A stretch of 64,000 nt of DNA from Eledone cirrhosa (taxonomy: Eukaryota): the NCBI GenBank assembly GCA_964016885.1, contig OZ024762.1, positions 1,116,001 through 1,180,000 on the forward strand, written 5' to 3'. Under the pieces are notes generated by a model. It made no database searches, was not told the origin of the DNA, and was given only the letters and a program-made list of their open reading frames with translations. The translations under genes and the position numbers were made by a program. Positions 53,491 to 64,000 of the stretch are shown in pieces (the first letter of the stretch is position 1; every line of letters begins with the position of its first letter).

Positions 53491-54177
53491 AAAAGTAACA
53501 AGGTAGAACCTAAAGTTTGTTCTCATTAACATCATTTTCAAATGGTCCCCTTAAATATCCAAGTTGTCCCCCCTGTGTGGGGTGTGCGCCCCACGTTGGG
53601 AATCTGTGTGTTATAGGGTTATAAATGGTGAAACTAGTTCGTGGGGCTCCAGCAAAGATAACCCCTCCTATGGCAGTGAAAATACTTGTTGTTGTTATAT
53701 AAATCTTTATATTATATACAGAGCCAAGGTAATGTTTACAAAACCATTAATCATTGAAATATTTGTCCGTTTATTTTGATAAAAAAAACTATCTTAAACT
53801 ATTATATTTAGTTCTGAATAAATCCATATTTATAGCCTGTCTAACCCATACTGGCGGGGAAGGAGGACGTTAAATGATGATGATGATGATGGTGGTGATA
53901 ATGATAGTGGTGCTGGTGATAGTGGTGGTGCTGGTGGTGATAGTGGATGAGGGGGATGGTGGTGATAGTGGATGAGGGGGATGGTGGTGAGAAGGAGGAG
54001 GGATGGTAGTGATGATGATGATATACACAATGACGTTTGGAGGTTCATTTATTTTTAGTTTATATTTAAAAAAATATTTTTGAGGAATTTTGAATGTTTA
54101 GAGGAGATATTTTGTGTGTGTGTGCATCTGTGTATGTCTGTGAGTGTGTTTGTGTGAATTAGTGTATGTATCTGAGT

Positions 54178-54640
54178 GTTTGTGTATGTATGTGTTTATT
54201 TGTCTATATATTTGTGTGTATGTGTTTATTTGTCTATATATTTGTGTGTATGTATGTGTTTATTTGTCTATATATTTGTGTGTATATGTGTTTATTTGTC
54301 TATATTTGTGTGTATGTATGTGTTTATTTGTCTATTTGTGTGTATGTATGTGTTTATTTGTCTATATATTTGTGTGTATGTATGTGTTTATTTGTCTATA
54401 TATTTGTGTGTATGTGTTTATTTGTCTATATTTGTGTGTATGTATGTGTTTATTTGTCTATATATTTGTGTGTATGTATGTGTTTATTTGTCTATATTTG
54501 TGTGTATGTATGTGTTTATTTGTCTATATATTTGTGTGTATGTATGTGTTTATTTGTCTATATATTTGTGTGCATGTATGTGTTTATTTGTCTATATATT
54601 TGTGTGTATGTATGTGTTTATTTGTCTATATATTTATGTG
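54178..54640. repeat. Minisatellite of about 30-34 bp built from microsatellite units
   Basis: tgtgtgtatgtatgtgtttatttgtctatatatt repeated with small length variants. Confidence 0.9.
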
Positions 54641-56194
54641 TGTGTCTATGAGGCGGTGTTTGGCAGTATCGGTAGAGCATCAGACTCCTTGTTTTGCAGC
54701 ATAGAGTTATGGCCCTTTCTGTTCTGAGTTCAAATTCCGCTGAGGTTAACTTTGCCTCTGATCCTTACGGGGTCGATAAAATAAAGTACCAGTAATGCAC
54801 CGGGGTAATCGCTGGCCTTGTACCAAAAGTAGAAACTATTTATGAGGCAAGAGTTAGTAAATTTAAACTATATTTTAAATGTTATTGTCTTCTTCTTCAT
54901 CATTAAATTGGTGGCAGTAGAACATCGGACAAGATGTTCCATAGCTTTTAGTTACAGCCCTCCCCCACCTTTACATGATCTCAGAATGTGGAGAACCAGA
55001 ATGAATATCACATCATTCTATCCAATGTTCTCATGACTCTGTGACCGCCAATTTATTGCTTTGTATCGAAAATGAAAGAATTATGTTCTGGGCTGTGAAG
55101 TTGTTCTTCATCCACTTATTCCTGAGAGGGTCGTGGGGCCAGAGTCCTCAAACACTCCGTCCAGCAGGTCCTGTCAGAAGTAACCAACTCCAACTGATCC
55201 TCCTGGATCCACCACCAAGCAAGACTAGCCAAGCTTATGGACGTTATCCAACCATCTTGCTTGGGTTGTCTACTGCTGGGTCTCCTGCCGGTTAGTTTTG
55301 CTTGTAAAATCTGTCAGTGATTCTTTCCTGAGACATTCTAACCACATGTCCATAGTATCAAAGCTGTGATCTCTCAATTTGGAGAAGGAGCAGCTCTAAC
55401 TGGAGTGACTCTCTCAAGTAACATTATGCCAAAGACCTTTTGGATATAGTAAATACAGTGTGTCAATTGTAAAGTGTTACTGATGGATATTTTGTGTGTA
55501 TATATATATATATTGATGATTTCATATGAATGAAACAGTTCTAATCCTGTAGAAACTATTTCTATATTAAATAAATATATATATATATATATATATATGG
55601 TGGCTGCCAACTCGTTTTCGAGTACGGCCACTACTTTATATCCATATAGGAGAACCCCTACGGATGCGCTGAACGAGTGTGACTTTTTAGTCCAGCCAGC
55701 GACTTGAAAACTCTGGTACAAACACTACATCTGTGACAAATATTGACACATAGTGCTGGGCCCATGGTACCCTGTGACGACAAGTGCAGAGAGATCTCCA
55801 GATATAAAGCAATGCCTGAGCCATGAAGCTTTTATAGTGAGCAAAGGCACTGCACAAAGCCAGTCCCACTCTCTTAACCAAGATGATATTTACCAAAAAG
55901 AAGAACAAGTCAACATCATTGGATACCATCAGAGTTGCAGGTGTTATATCAGAGTTTTCCTTCTCCTAGAATTCTGCCTTGACAAAGGCTAAAGGGTCAT
56001 CTCTCCCGGTGATATATATATATACACACACATACATACAAACATACATATGTATATATTCAGATATAAATGCATACACATAGATATGCACACATATACA
56101 CACATTCATACAAATAAACACATACCTATATATATGTACATTGTCATTGTTTAACGTCCATCTTCCACACTAGCATACCTACACACACACACAC

Positions 56195-56230
<36 letters not shown>

Positions 56231-58657
56231 ATACACACACACAGTGTATTATATAGTTAATGTCAGTCTGACACAGCAGAGATGTTGTGGCACCAACGAA
56301 GAATGGTATCAAACCATCTTGTATGTTCTGGAATTCATTCTTTTATTAATTCATATGTTTTGATAATTTCTTGTAAGATACACAGTCGTCACCTGCTAGA
56401 AATAGCAGCTAAATGTTTCCTCAAACCGAAAGGAAACACGTTATTTGCTAGAAGTAGAAAATAGATTTCGTCTTTAAAAAAAAAATTGGCAAGGGTGGGA
56501 ATATAAGTGATCATGGGTTTATCTGAATAAGACTGACACAGGGTTAAACTATGACTGTGTGAAAGAAAGAGAAAGTGAGAGAATGAAAGAATGTGAGGGA
56601 CGGAGTGAAAAAAGGTGAGAGAGAGAGTGTGTGTGAAAGAAAGTGTGAGGGGCAGAGTGAAAAAAAAGAGAGAGGAAGATAGAGTGAAAGAAAGTGAGAG
56701 GGAGAAAGAAAGTGCGAGAGAGGGAGAGATTTTTGCAGAAGTATGGTAGGAAATAAACAGACAGAAGTATATTTGACAGATGAGAAAATGTATCTGGTTT
56801 AGAAATAACTACACCATATCCTCCCCTGTATGTCGTTAGAAGCGACTTAAAGGGTCGGTTGGTGCCAGGAAGGGTATCCGGCGACTGTAAAACATTGCCT
56901 CAGAACGTCTTGTCAAACCCATGCCAGCATGGAATAGTCGAAGTAAAGACGATGATGATGATGGGCCTTAAGAGATGGGGGGCCGTAGATTAAATCGACT
57001 CCAGCATCATCACGAAGTATGAAAGGACAGATTAAGAGATTAAAAGAACACAGGTATGAAAAAGATAGTCAACTTCCAGTGTGTGTGTGTGTGGGGGGGG
57101 GGGGGTTGCTTTAAACGGAGAAACTAAATAACGAGATTTAAATATCTCAGTCAACCCAGTTATGCGTTTCTATTTTAGGCGTAAGCCCAGCAAAACATTT
57201 AGAGGAAGGGCGCAGTTGATTAAATCAACCCCAGAACTTGTCTAAAAGAAAAAGTTTGCCTCAAGTCTGGAGACTCATCAGGCTGTTGCTTATCCCAGTA
57301 AAACGACTGAGAATACAAGACCGCACCCTGGACAGGACGTTAGTCCATCACACAGGTTAACTCTTCAACTATTGCTGTGTGTATTGGAGCAACGTGGAAT
57401 GAAGTGTTTTGCTCAAGAACACAACTCGGTGCAGGAATGAAACCCACGACATTATGATCATAAGTCCCAACACTAACAACTGGGGCACTTGACAGGGCAG
57501 GTACTTTATTTCATAGGACCCTGGAAGGACAAAAATAAGCAAAGTTGACTTAGGCGGATTTTGAACTGAGAATATACAGAGACAGAACAAATACCGGATG
57601 GCATTTTGCCTGACGCTCTACCAATTCTGCCAACGCAACATTAAAACATTGATTTGTAACAGACAGAGAGAGAATAGGCCACGTATTTTGTGGGGGCGGG
57701 TATAATTGACGAGACGGAGAGACTCCAGTGTTCCACTGGTACTTTATTTTATTGCTTGTTGAAAGATGAAAGGTAATAATTGGTGCTGGCTGGATTTTAA
57801 CTCATAACGGGTCTAAATACTACAAAGGTGTGGTTAGTAACAGAATCGGTAGAGCAACCGACATAGATTAGTTTGTAGTATTTAGTCAGCTTTTTAAATC
57901 GAAAATCTTGCCGTTGTCATCCTTTACGGATGTAAACTGACAAAAACTTCATTAAATATTTTCGCCCAGAGTTCTTTTGATTCTAATTCGTAAATAAATT
58001 TAAAAGGAATATATATATAAATATATATATACTTTGCTTTGTGCTTCAAACGACTCTATTCGGTAAAAATATGTTTACCCAGTTCTCAAAACCTTTCTAG
58101 TCCGTAAATATGTTTTGTCAAGTAGTATAAACTATTCTAGTCCATAAATATGTTTTGTCAAGTACTTCTAACGTTCCTAGTCCGGAAAAATGTTTATCCA
58201 TTGTTTCTAAAGATTTTATTCTGTAAATATGTTTATCCAATAGTTCCAACGATTTTATTCCGTAATATGCTTTGCCAAATGCTCTAATAATTATATTCCT
58301 CTATTTAAATTAACCCTTAAGAGGCACAGCCCCACCTAAAAATAGGGGGACAGGGTTTACCAGTTTATATTGATCTTAGTACTTAAGTAGTATTTTATTC
58401 TATCGAACCCCCGGCCGAGTAATAAGAAATAACGAAATAATACTTTTGTATATATTAATAATGATTTATAATGAAATAAAACAAAGTCCATATATATATA
58501 TGTGTGTCCCCCGGGTTCGGGGGTAACCACAGTAAGGTACTCAATACATTAGAGTAGAGTGTAAACACCAGGAAAGCCTTTCCTGGTGATTTCTTTTGAA
58601 TGAAACAGTTCTAGTCTAACAACTCGTCCTTTTTATCATATATATATATACACACAC

Positions 58658-58755
<98 letters not shown>

Positions 58756-58811
58756 AAAAGGAAAGCGGTGGTCAATTGGGAAGAGATCAGAAATATTATA
58801 TTAGCTTTCAT

Positions 58812-58950
58812 GACCCAATATTGACCATATCTCTAAAATGTGAGAGGGATCAAATTGTGACCTCATCTTATAAACTCGTATAAGGACCTCAAGATTAAGT
58901 CACAAATTTGATCCTTCTTACATTCTGGAGATATGGTCAATATTGGTTCT
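58812..58950. repeat. Imperfect inverted repeat just inside TBC1D25 intron 1
   Basis: ccaatattgaccatatctc...gatcaaattgtgac / gtcacaaatttgatc...gagatatggtcaatattgg. Confidence 0.75.
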
Positions 58951-59036
58951 TTGAAACCTTAAGTAGCGCTTTAGTTCCGCGTATGAACATAAATAAATAA
59001 TATATATATATGTATGTATGTATATATTTGACCTAC

Positions 59037-59090
59037 CTTCACTTTAATCCGAATCACCTCCTTGTTTTCCAAACCGTAATATCCTGCCAT
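59037..59090 (-). CDS. TBC1D25: TBC1D25 coding exon 1 (MAGYYGLENKEVIRIKVK)
   Basis: ATG at 59090 and phase-0 donor AAG|gtaggt. It joins exon 2 to give EVIRIKVKKC, like the recalled EVVRVRVKKC of vertebrate TBC1D25. Confidence 0.85.
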
Positions 59091-60434
59091 TGTTGATGTT
59101 ATTGGTGTCTTTATAAAAAAGATTTCCTTGTATATATATATATATTCTTAGAAGTATTGCGTGACAGTAATTTTTTCCATGGTGGTATTGGTACTTTCTA
59201 TAGTACCTGGGTATGTATGTATGTATGGGTACTTGTTGAAGACAGAGAGTGGGAGAGAAAGAGAGTATGTGTCTGTATGTGAAGTGTGGTCAAATAATTG
59301 TTTCTACTTTAGGCACAAGGCCAGCAATTACCCAGTGCATGGTCAAATAATAACAGTTAAAAGTAGTTTTGTAGGGTGGGTGGGTAGCGGATCAGATACA
59401 AGATACGGTTGGGTCGATATATCAATCAGCTAGTAAGAGAAGCGATGGTGGGCGGAATGTGACATATTGAGCAGATACCGACGGAGGGCCATCTGTAATG
59501 TCACAATTGTCAACTACCCTGCTAGAATATATAATAGTATTGACGAGGGTATCGTAGTAAAATATATTGGCAACTAATATATATATATATATGACAGGCG
59601 GCTTCTAGGTAGGGACTGGTGATAGAAGCCCGTTAATAATGGCCAGGTACCTGCACAAGACCGTAGTGGAGCTGTGACATTAAAATAAATAGGGTAGACT
59701 TGTTACCTGCTGAATGGTGATGTAAGGTAATGATGATGATGCTACTACTATTACTAGTTGTAGTTGTAGTTCTAGTGGTGGTACAAGGGTTAAAGTGTCC
59801 AGGTAGCTATGTATGGTGGTGGTGGTGGTGGAGATGTTATGTGAATGTTAGGGTGAAGGAGCCGCCGCAAAAGTGGCGTCTCAGCGACATTAAACGACAG
59901 CATTACCAAACCAGGAAGATTTGAAGCAGTTACTCCGGGAATTGGTGAGGCCAGTTTGACGATCTACTGTTGAGGTAGGGCGAAAGTAAGACAGAGAGAG
60001 AATGGTTATTAGGAGTTAGTTAATATTTGGTAGTGACAGGGAAAAACAAACAGTTGTTGTTTGTAGAATATATGAAAGGAGACGGTGTCATCTGTAGAAG
60101 GTAAGACAGCTGCTGCTGTTGTTGTTGTTGATAGTAGTGATAGTGAGAGTAAAGGTTAACATTGGAGTAGCAGTGGTGGGTGTAGTAGCAGAATCAACGG
60201 TGTCTGTATTGATTTCCAAGCGAGGCTGACACTAGGGAAAGATAACTCTTTGATCTTGTTCTATGTCTTATCAGTTAATCAATCGAGAGATATTGATCTA
60301 ATTAACAATATAATTGGTGTCGATTTAGCTAAAATAGTAATAATAATAATAAATAAAGGTAAAATGGGGCTTAACTCTTGAATGTAGTCGTAGGGGCGCT
60401 ATCGGCTATACGGTGGTGTTGTGTCTTCAGCATT

Positions 60435-60655
60435 TAAAACCTGGCGGAGCCCATCTGCTCTGTAGGTTTGAACACAGATGATTTCTCCCAGGGGAGAGAG
60501 AGAGCGACAGAGGTTTTGAACCTGGCGGAGCCGATCTCTTCTGTAGGTTTGAACATAGACGATTTCTTCCAGAGGAGAGAGATTTAAAACCTAGTGCAGC
60601 CCATTCCCTCTATGTCTGAACACAGACGATTTTTTCCAGATGAGAGAGAACGAGA
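60435..60655. repeat. Three diverged tandem units of about 80 bp
   Basis: aacctggcggagcc...gtaggtttgaacacaga.gattt...agagag occurs three times. Confidence 0.75.
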
Positions 60656-63092
60656 AATATATATATAGAGTTTGAAAGGCAAAGTTGGCCTGGTTGAATT
60701 TGAATCCAGAGATCTGGAACAAAAAGAGCAAAATACTTTTATCTTACGTTCTAAGTACTTTGCTAGTAAGCCTGAAAAAGGAAACACCACGATTAGAACG
60801 CCTTGAGGATTTTGCTTTAAATGAAAATCTTCCAGAATAACTTTCTGGTGCCTTTGGCCCACCTCCCTAATCACCACCATCCGCACGGAGTTGGATAGCC
60901 GCAGGTGTGAGCCTTGTCAGCTGGGATGGTTCTTCCCTCACCATCCTCCAGGGAAATACTTTCTCTAGTCTGTCTGCAAGGGTCGTGGGGCGGCCAGCGC
61001 GTGAGCCCCCATTTGCTCATAATAGTGAGAGTTGGGGAGAATAGGAAAGACGGAGGGAGTGAAAGTAGGAGTTTGGTTCCTTGGTGTATATGTATACATT
61101 TATTTACCACACCACACACATCAACACACCAACTATATAACTGTATACTTTATATAAAAAACAAAACAAATGTGTTAAGTTACTATCAAGTAATCCCCCT
61201 CCCCCCACCCCAGTAAAACCCTCTAAATGTTTAAAATAAATAATCAAAATAGAGTGTATTTCATCAAGAATACCTCTATGAAAGGCTTAAAGCAGGCATG
61301 GGTATCTTTTTTCAAGCAGTGAGCCGCATCGGATGTTGCTCATCATAAGGCGGGCCGCACTACTACAAAACATTCAATGCAATTTTGAAATTAGGCGTAC
61401 CATTAAGAAAGCCAAACGGGCCGCACTTTGCCCATAGTTTACTTCAAGCAAAATTATATGAAAAATGCATTGAATTTGTGTAATTTTCAAACAATTTCTA
61501 AGTTCTGCTTTTGATTCTATCTCGCAATGTGAAATATTTCACCTCATTAAAATCAATATCAATGTTTTTATTAGATAAGATAAGATAAGATCTTGTTATT
61601 TGTTCACTGCAGTGGCAGCAGCTGTTACTACTACTACTACTGCCACCACCATTACTACTACTACTACAATAGGTAGTCGTTTCTAACATAGGCCCAAGGC
61701 CAGCAGTTTGAAGAGGCGGTAAAGAAAAGCTGATTATATCGATCCCAGTACATGACTGGTACTTTATCTTAACGATTCCTCAAGGGTGAAATGCGAACTT
61801 GACCCCGCCACAGCTGGATATGTACACGCCAGTCCATCACAGGGCTAACACCCAGCTATTGTTGGTACCCATTTACAACTGAGTATACTGGAGCAACGTG
61901 AAATGAAGTGATTTTCTCAAGAACGCAACAGACAATTCGGTCCTGGAATCGAACCCACGACATTATGATCGTAAATCGAATTACCCTAAGCAGAGCCGGA
62001 ACTAAATACCACAAGTCTTAATAATCAGTTTCTGATTTAAACACAAGGCCAACCGTTTTAGGGGAGGGAAAGTCGATTGAATCGACCCCAGTGCGTTACT
62101 GGTACTTTATTTTATCGACTTCGTAATGATGAAAGGCAAAACTAACCTCGGCAGGATTTGAGCTCAGAACGTAAAGGACCATAACTCTATGCCTCAAAGC
62201 ATGGTGTCCGACGCTCCACCGATTATACTGCCCTAATGGTAATAATAATGGTTTCTGATTTAAGCACACGGTAAAATATTTTTGTATGGAGGGGAAAAGT
62301 CGATTAAATCTCCCCCAGTTGGTGGCTGGTACTTTATTTTATCGACCCTGAAAGGACGAAAGGCAAAGTCGATCTCGGAAGGATTTGAAACCAGAATGTA
62401 ATGGGCCTGAGTAGCAGCAGCTGTAGCTGGGAGTTAACCCTGCGATGGACTGGCGTCATGTCCAGGGGTGTTTGTACTCTCAGTCAGTTAACGGAGAGGA
62501 AATCGGGTTGAGCGTCAATCATGGCAATCAATGATGGGCGAGCCTTCAGGCCTGGGACAAACTTTAACTTTAAAGTTCTCAGGAGAGATCCAGCTGGGGC
62601 GGATCAACGTCGCATTTCAACACCTTAACAGTTGTCAATTCACCAGAGTAAGGGTTTCATTAATAATCATGTAGGTAGCAGAGTCGTTAAAACGTCGGTC
62701 AAATATACTTAGCAATATTTGTCCTGAGTTTATATCACGTCGAGGTTGATAAAATTAACCACCAGTAAAATACTAGGGTTCGATATAATAGACATTCTCC
62801 CTTCCTAACAATTGCTGGTCTTGTGTCAAATTTAATAACCATGAGTTGCTTCCCCTTATTCAGTCATGAAAACATTTTTTCCCCTTAAACCAGATCCATT
62901 ATTTCAAACAATTTGCAGAAATATAAAAATATCTAACTCATGTCTTCACATTTAAAAGAACATCAAGCTGAATTATATTGAAATAAATAAAAGAAAAAGA
63001 AGCATTTTTGATTTATCAAACCTGGATAAAGTTTTGATTATATTATAAATCATTATTTTATTTCTTGAAATAAAATTTAAAAAAATAAATGT

Positions 63093-64000
63093 TTAATAAT
63101 CTCCAAAGTGCTTAATTCTGTAAAGTAAAGCTTGTCCTTTGTTGTTAGCGATAGTGATATATCCGCTGTTTGGAGAAATGTCCACAAGTTGGGGATATTG
63201 TAGAGTTGTATCTAATGTGTCTGGGAAATTTCTGAAAACTGTCATGGAAGGTAAGTGTATTAACTTGACACCTTTTTCTGAATGACGAGAGGCAGCAGCA
63301 AGGATCTCGTTAGAATGGTTAAACAGTAATGGTTTACAGACTGTTGTGAGGTTCATTATAGCTTTTAAAGGTTGTGGGGTTGTGGAGGACATACATGTAT
63401 CCACATCGTAAATATTTACCACACCAGTATCAGAACCACATGCTAAATATTTGTTGTTAGGTGATACAGACAGAGCTGTACCATTAACGCAGCCTTCGTC
63501 GTAGAATCTGTGAATGCAACATCGGTTATCCATATCCCAAACATAAACCTGGCCATCACTCCCGAAAGAAAACATCCTACGACCGTCTTTGGAGAAGCCT
63601 GCAGCATCGACTGAACCGTTCATTTTAAGACTAGTAAGATATTCTTTGGAAGTTGAAGAGACCAGATGCATATAACCGTATTGGCCGAAAAACACGATAT
63701 AACGACCGTCCGGCGAGAGGATAAACTCTGATAGTTTATTATTATCAAGAGAATTAAATTTATTAACTCTGATCAATTTAGCTGACTCCATGTCAAAGTA
63801 AGAAAAATAATTATAACCAGACCCTAAAACAATCTGGAGACCATCACTACTGAAATGACTACATTTAATAGGAAGACGATCAACAAAAATTGTATGAATT
63901 TTCCGGTTTTTTTCTCCGTCGACCTGGAAAAGGTTAAAACGGAAATCATTTCCAGCAGTCAAAACAACTGTAGATTTCGGATGAAATTCCAAAGCAGTTA
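63093..64000 (-). CDS. UTP18: U3 snoRNA-associated protein 18 (WD40 repeat), C-terminal part; the 5' end lies beyond the window
   Basis: FHP...LTAG.D...LFQVDG..N.KI; LKMNGSV; FYDEGCVNGTAL; LACGSDTGVVNIYD; PLKAIMNLTT; KLIHLPSMTVFRNFP; SPNSGY...NNKGQALLYRIKHFGDY*. AATAAA on the minus strand at about 63057-63062. Confidence 0.93.
   Translation of the reverse strand, partial: TALEFHPKSTVVLTAGNDFRFNLFQVDGEKNRKIHTIFVDRLPIKCSHFSSDGLQIVLGSGYNYFSYFDMESAKLIRVNKFNSLDNNKLSEFILSPDGRYIVFFGQYGYMHLVSSTSKEYLTSLKMNGSVDAAGFSKDGRRMFSFGSDGQVYVWDMDNRCCIHRFYDEGCVNGTALSVSPNNKYLACGSDTGVVNIYDVDTCMSSTTPQPLKAIMNLTTVCKPLLFNHSNEILAAASRHSEKGVKLIHLPSMTVFRNFPDTLDTTLQYPQLVDISPNSGYITIANNKGQALLYRIKHFGDY

Overview
AT-rich, microsatellite- and SINE-dense animal genomic DNA. 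The repeat landscape suggests a cephalopod such as Octopus, but this is an inference. Two conserved genes lie on the minus strand: a complete 5-exon TBC1D25 (59090..44476, about 938 aa) and the 3' part of UTP18 (63093 to beyond the window end). The plus strand carries the most interesting structure. Three separate ATG-initiated coding modules resemble transposon-derived domains: an integrase-type HHCC zinc-binding domain (10203-10796 plus micro-exon 11379-11435), a FLYWCH zinc finger (13270-13845) and a Crypton/DUF3504 tyrosine-recombinase-like domain (24976-26286). Each ends in a phase-0 GT donor. Downstream, a three-exon BTB/POZ module (31296-33981) starts at a phase-0 acceptor and has no DNA-binding domain of its own. 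This suggests a 'variable 5' DNA-binding exon + constant BTB' gene, the reverse of Drosophila mod(mdg4)/lola. The window also holds RTE-type LINE fragments, tRNA-derived SINEs, TTAA- and TA-flanked MITEs (two expanded into satellites), minimal hammerhead-ribozyme motifs and many fold-back hairpins. All splice models were read by eye and need transcript confirmation.
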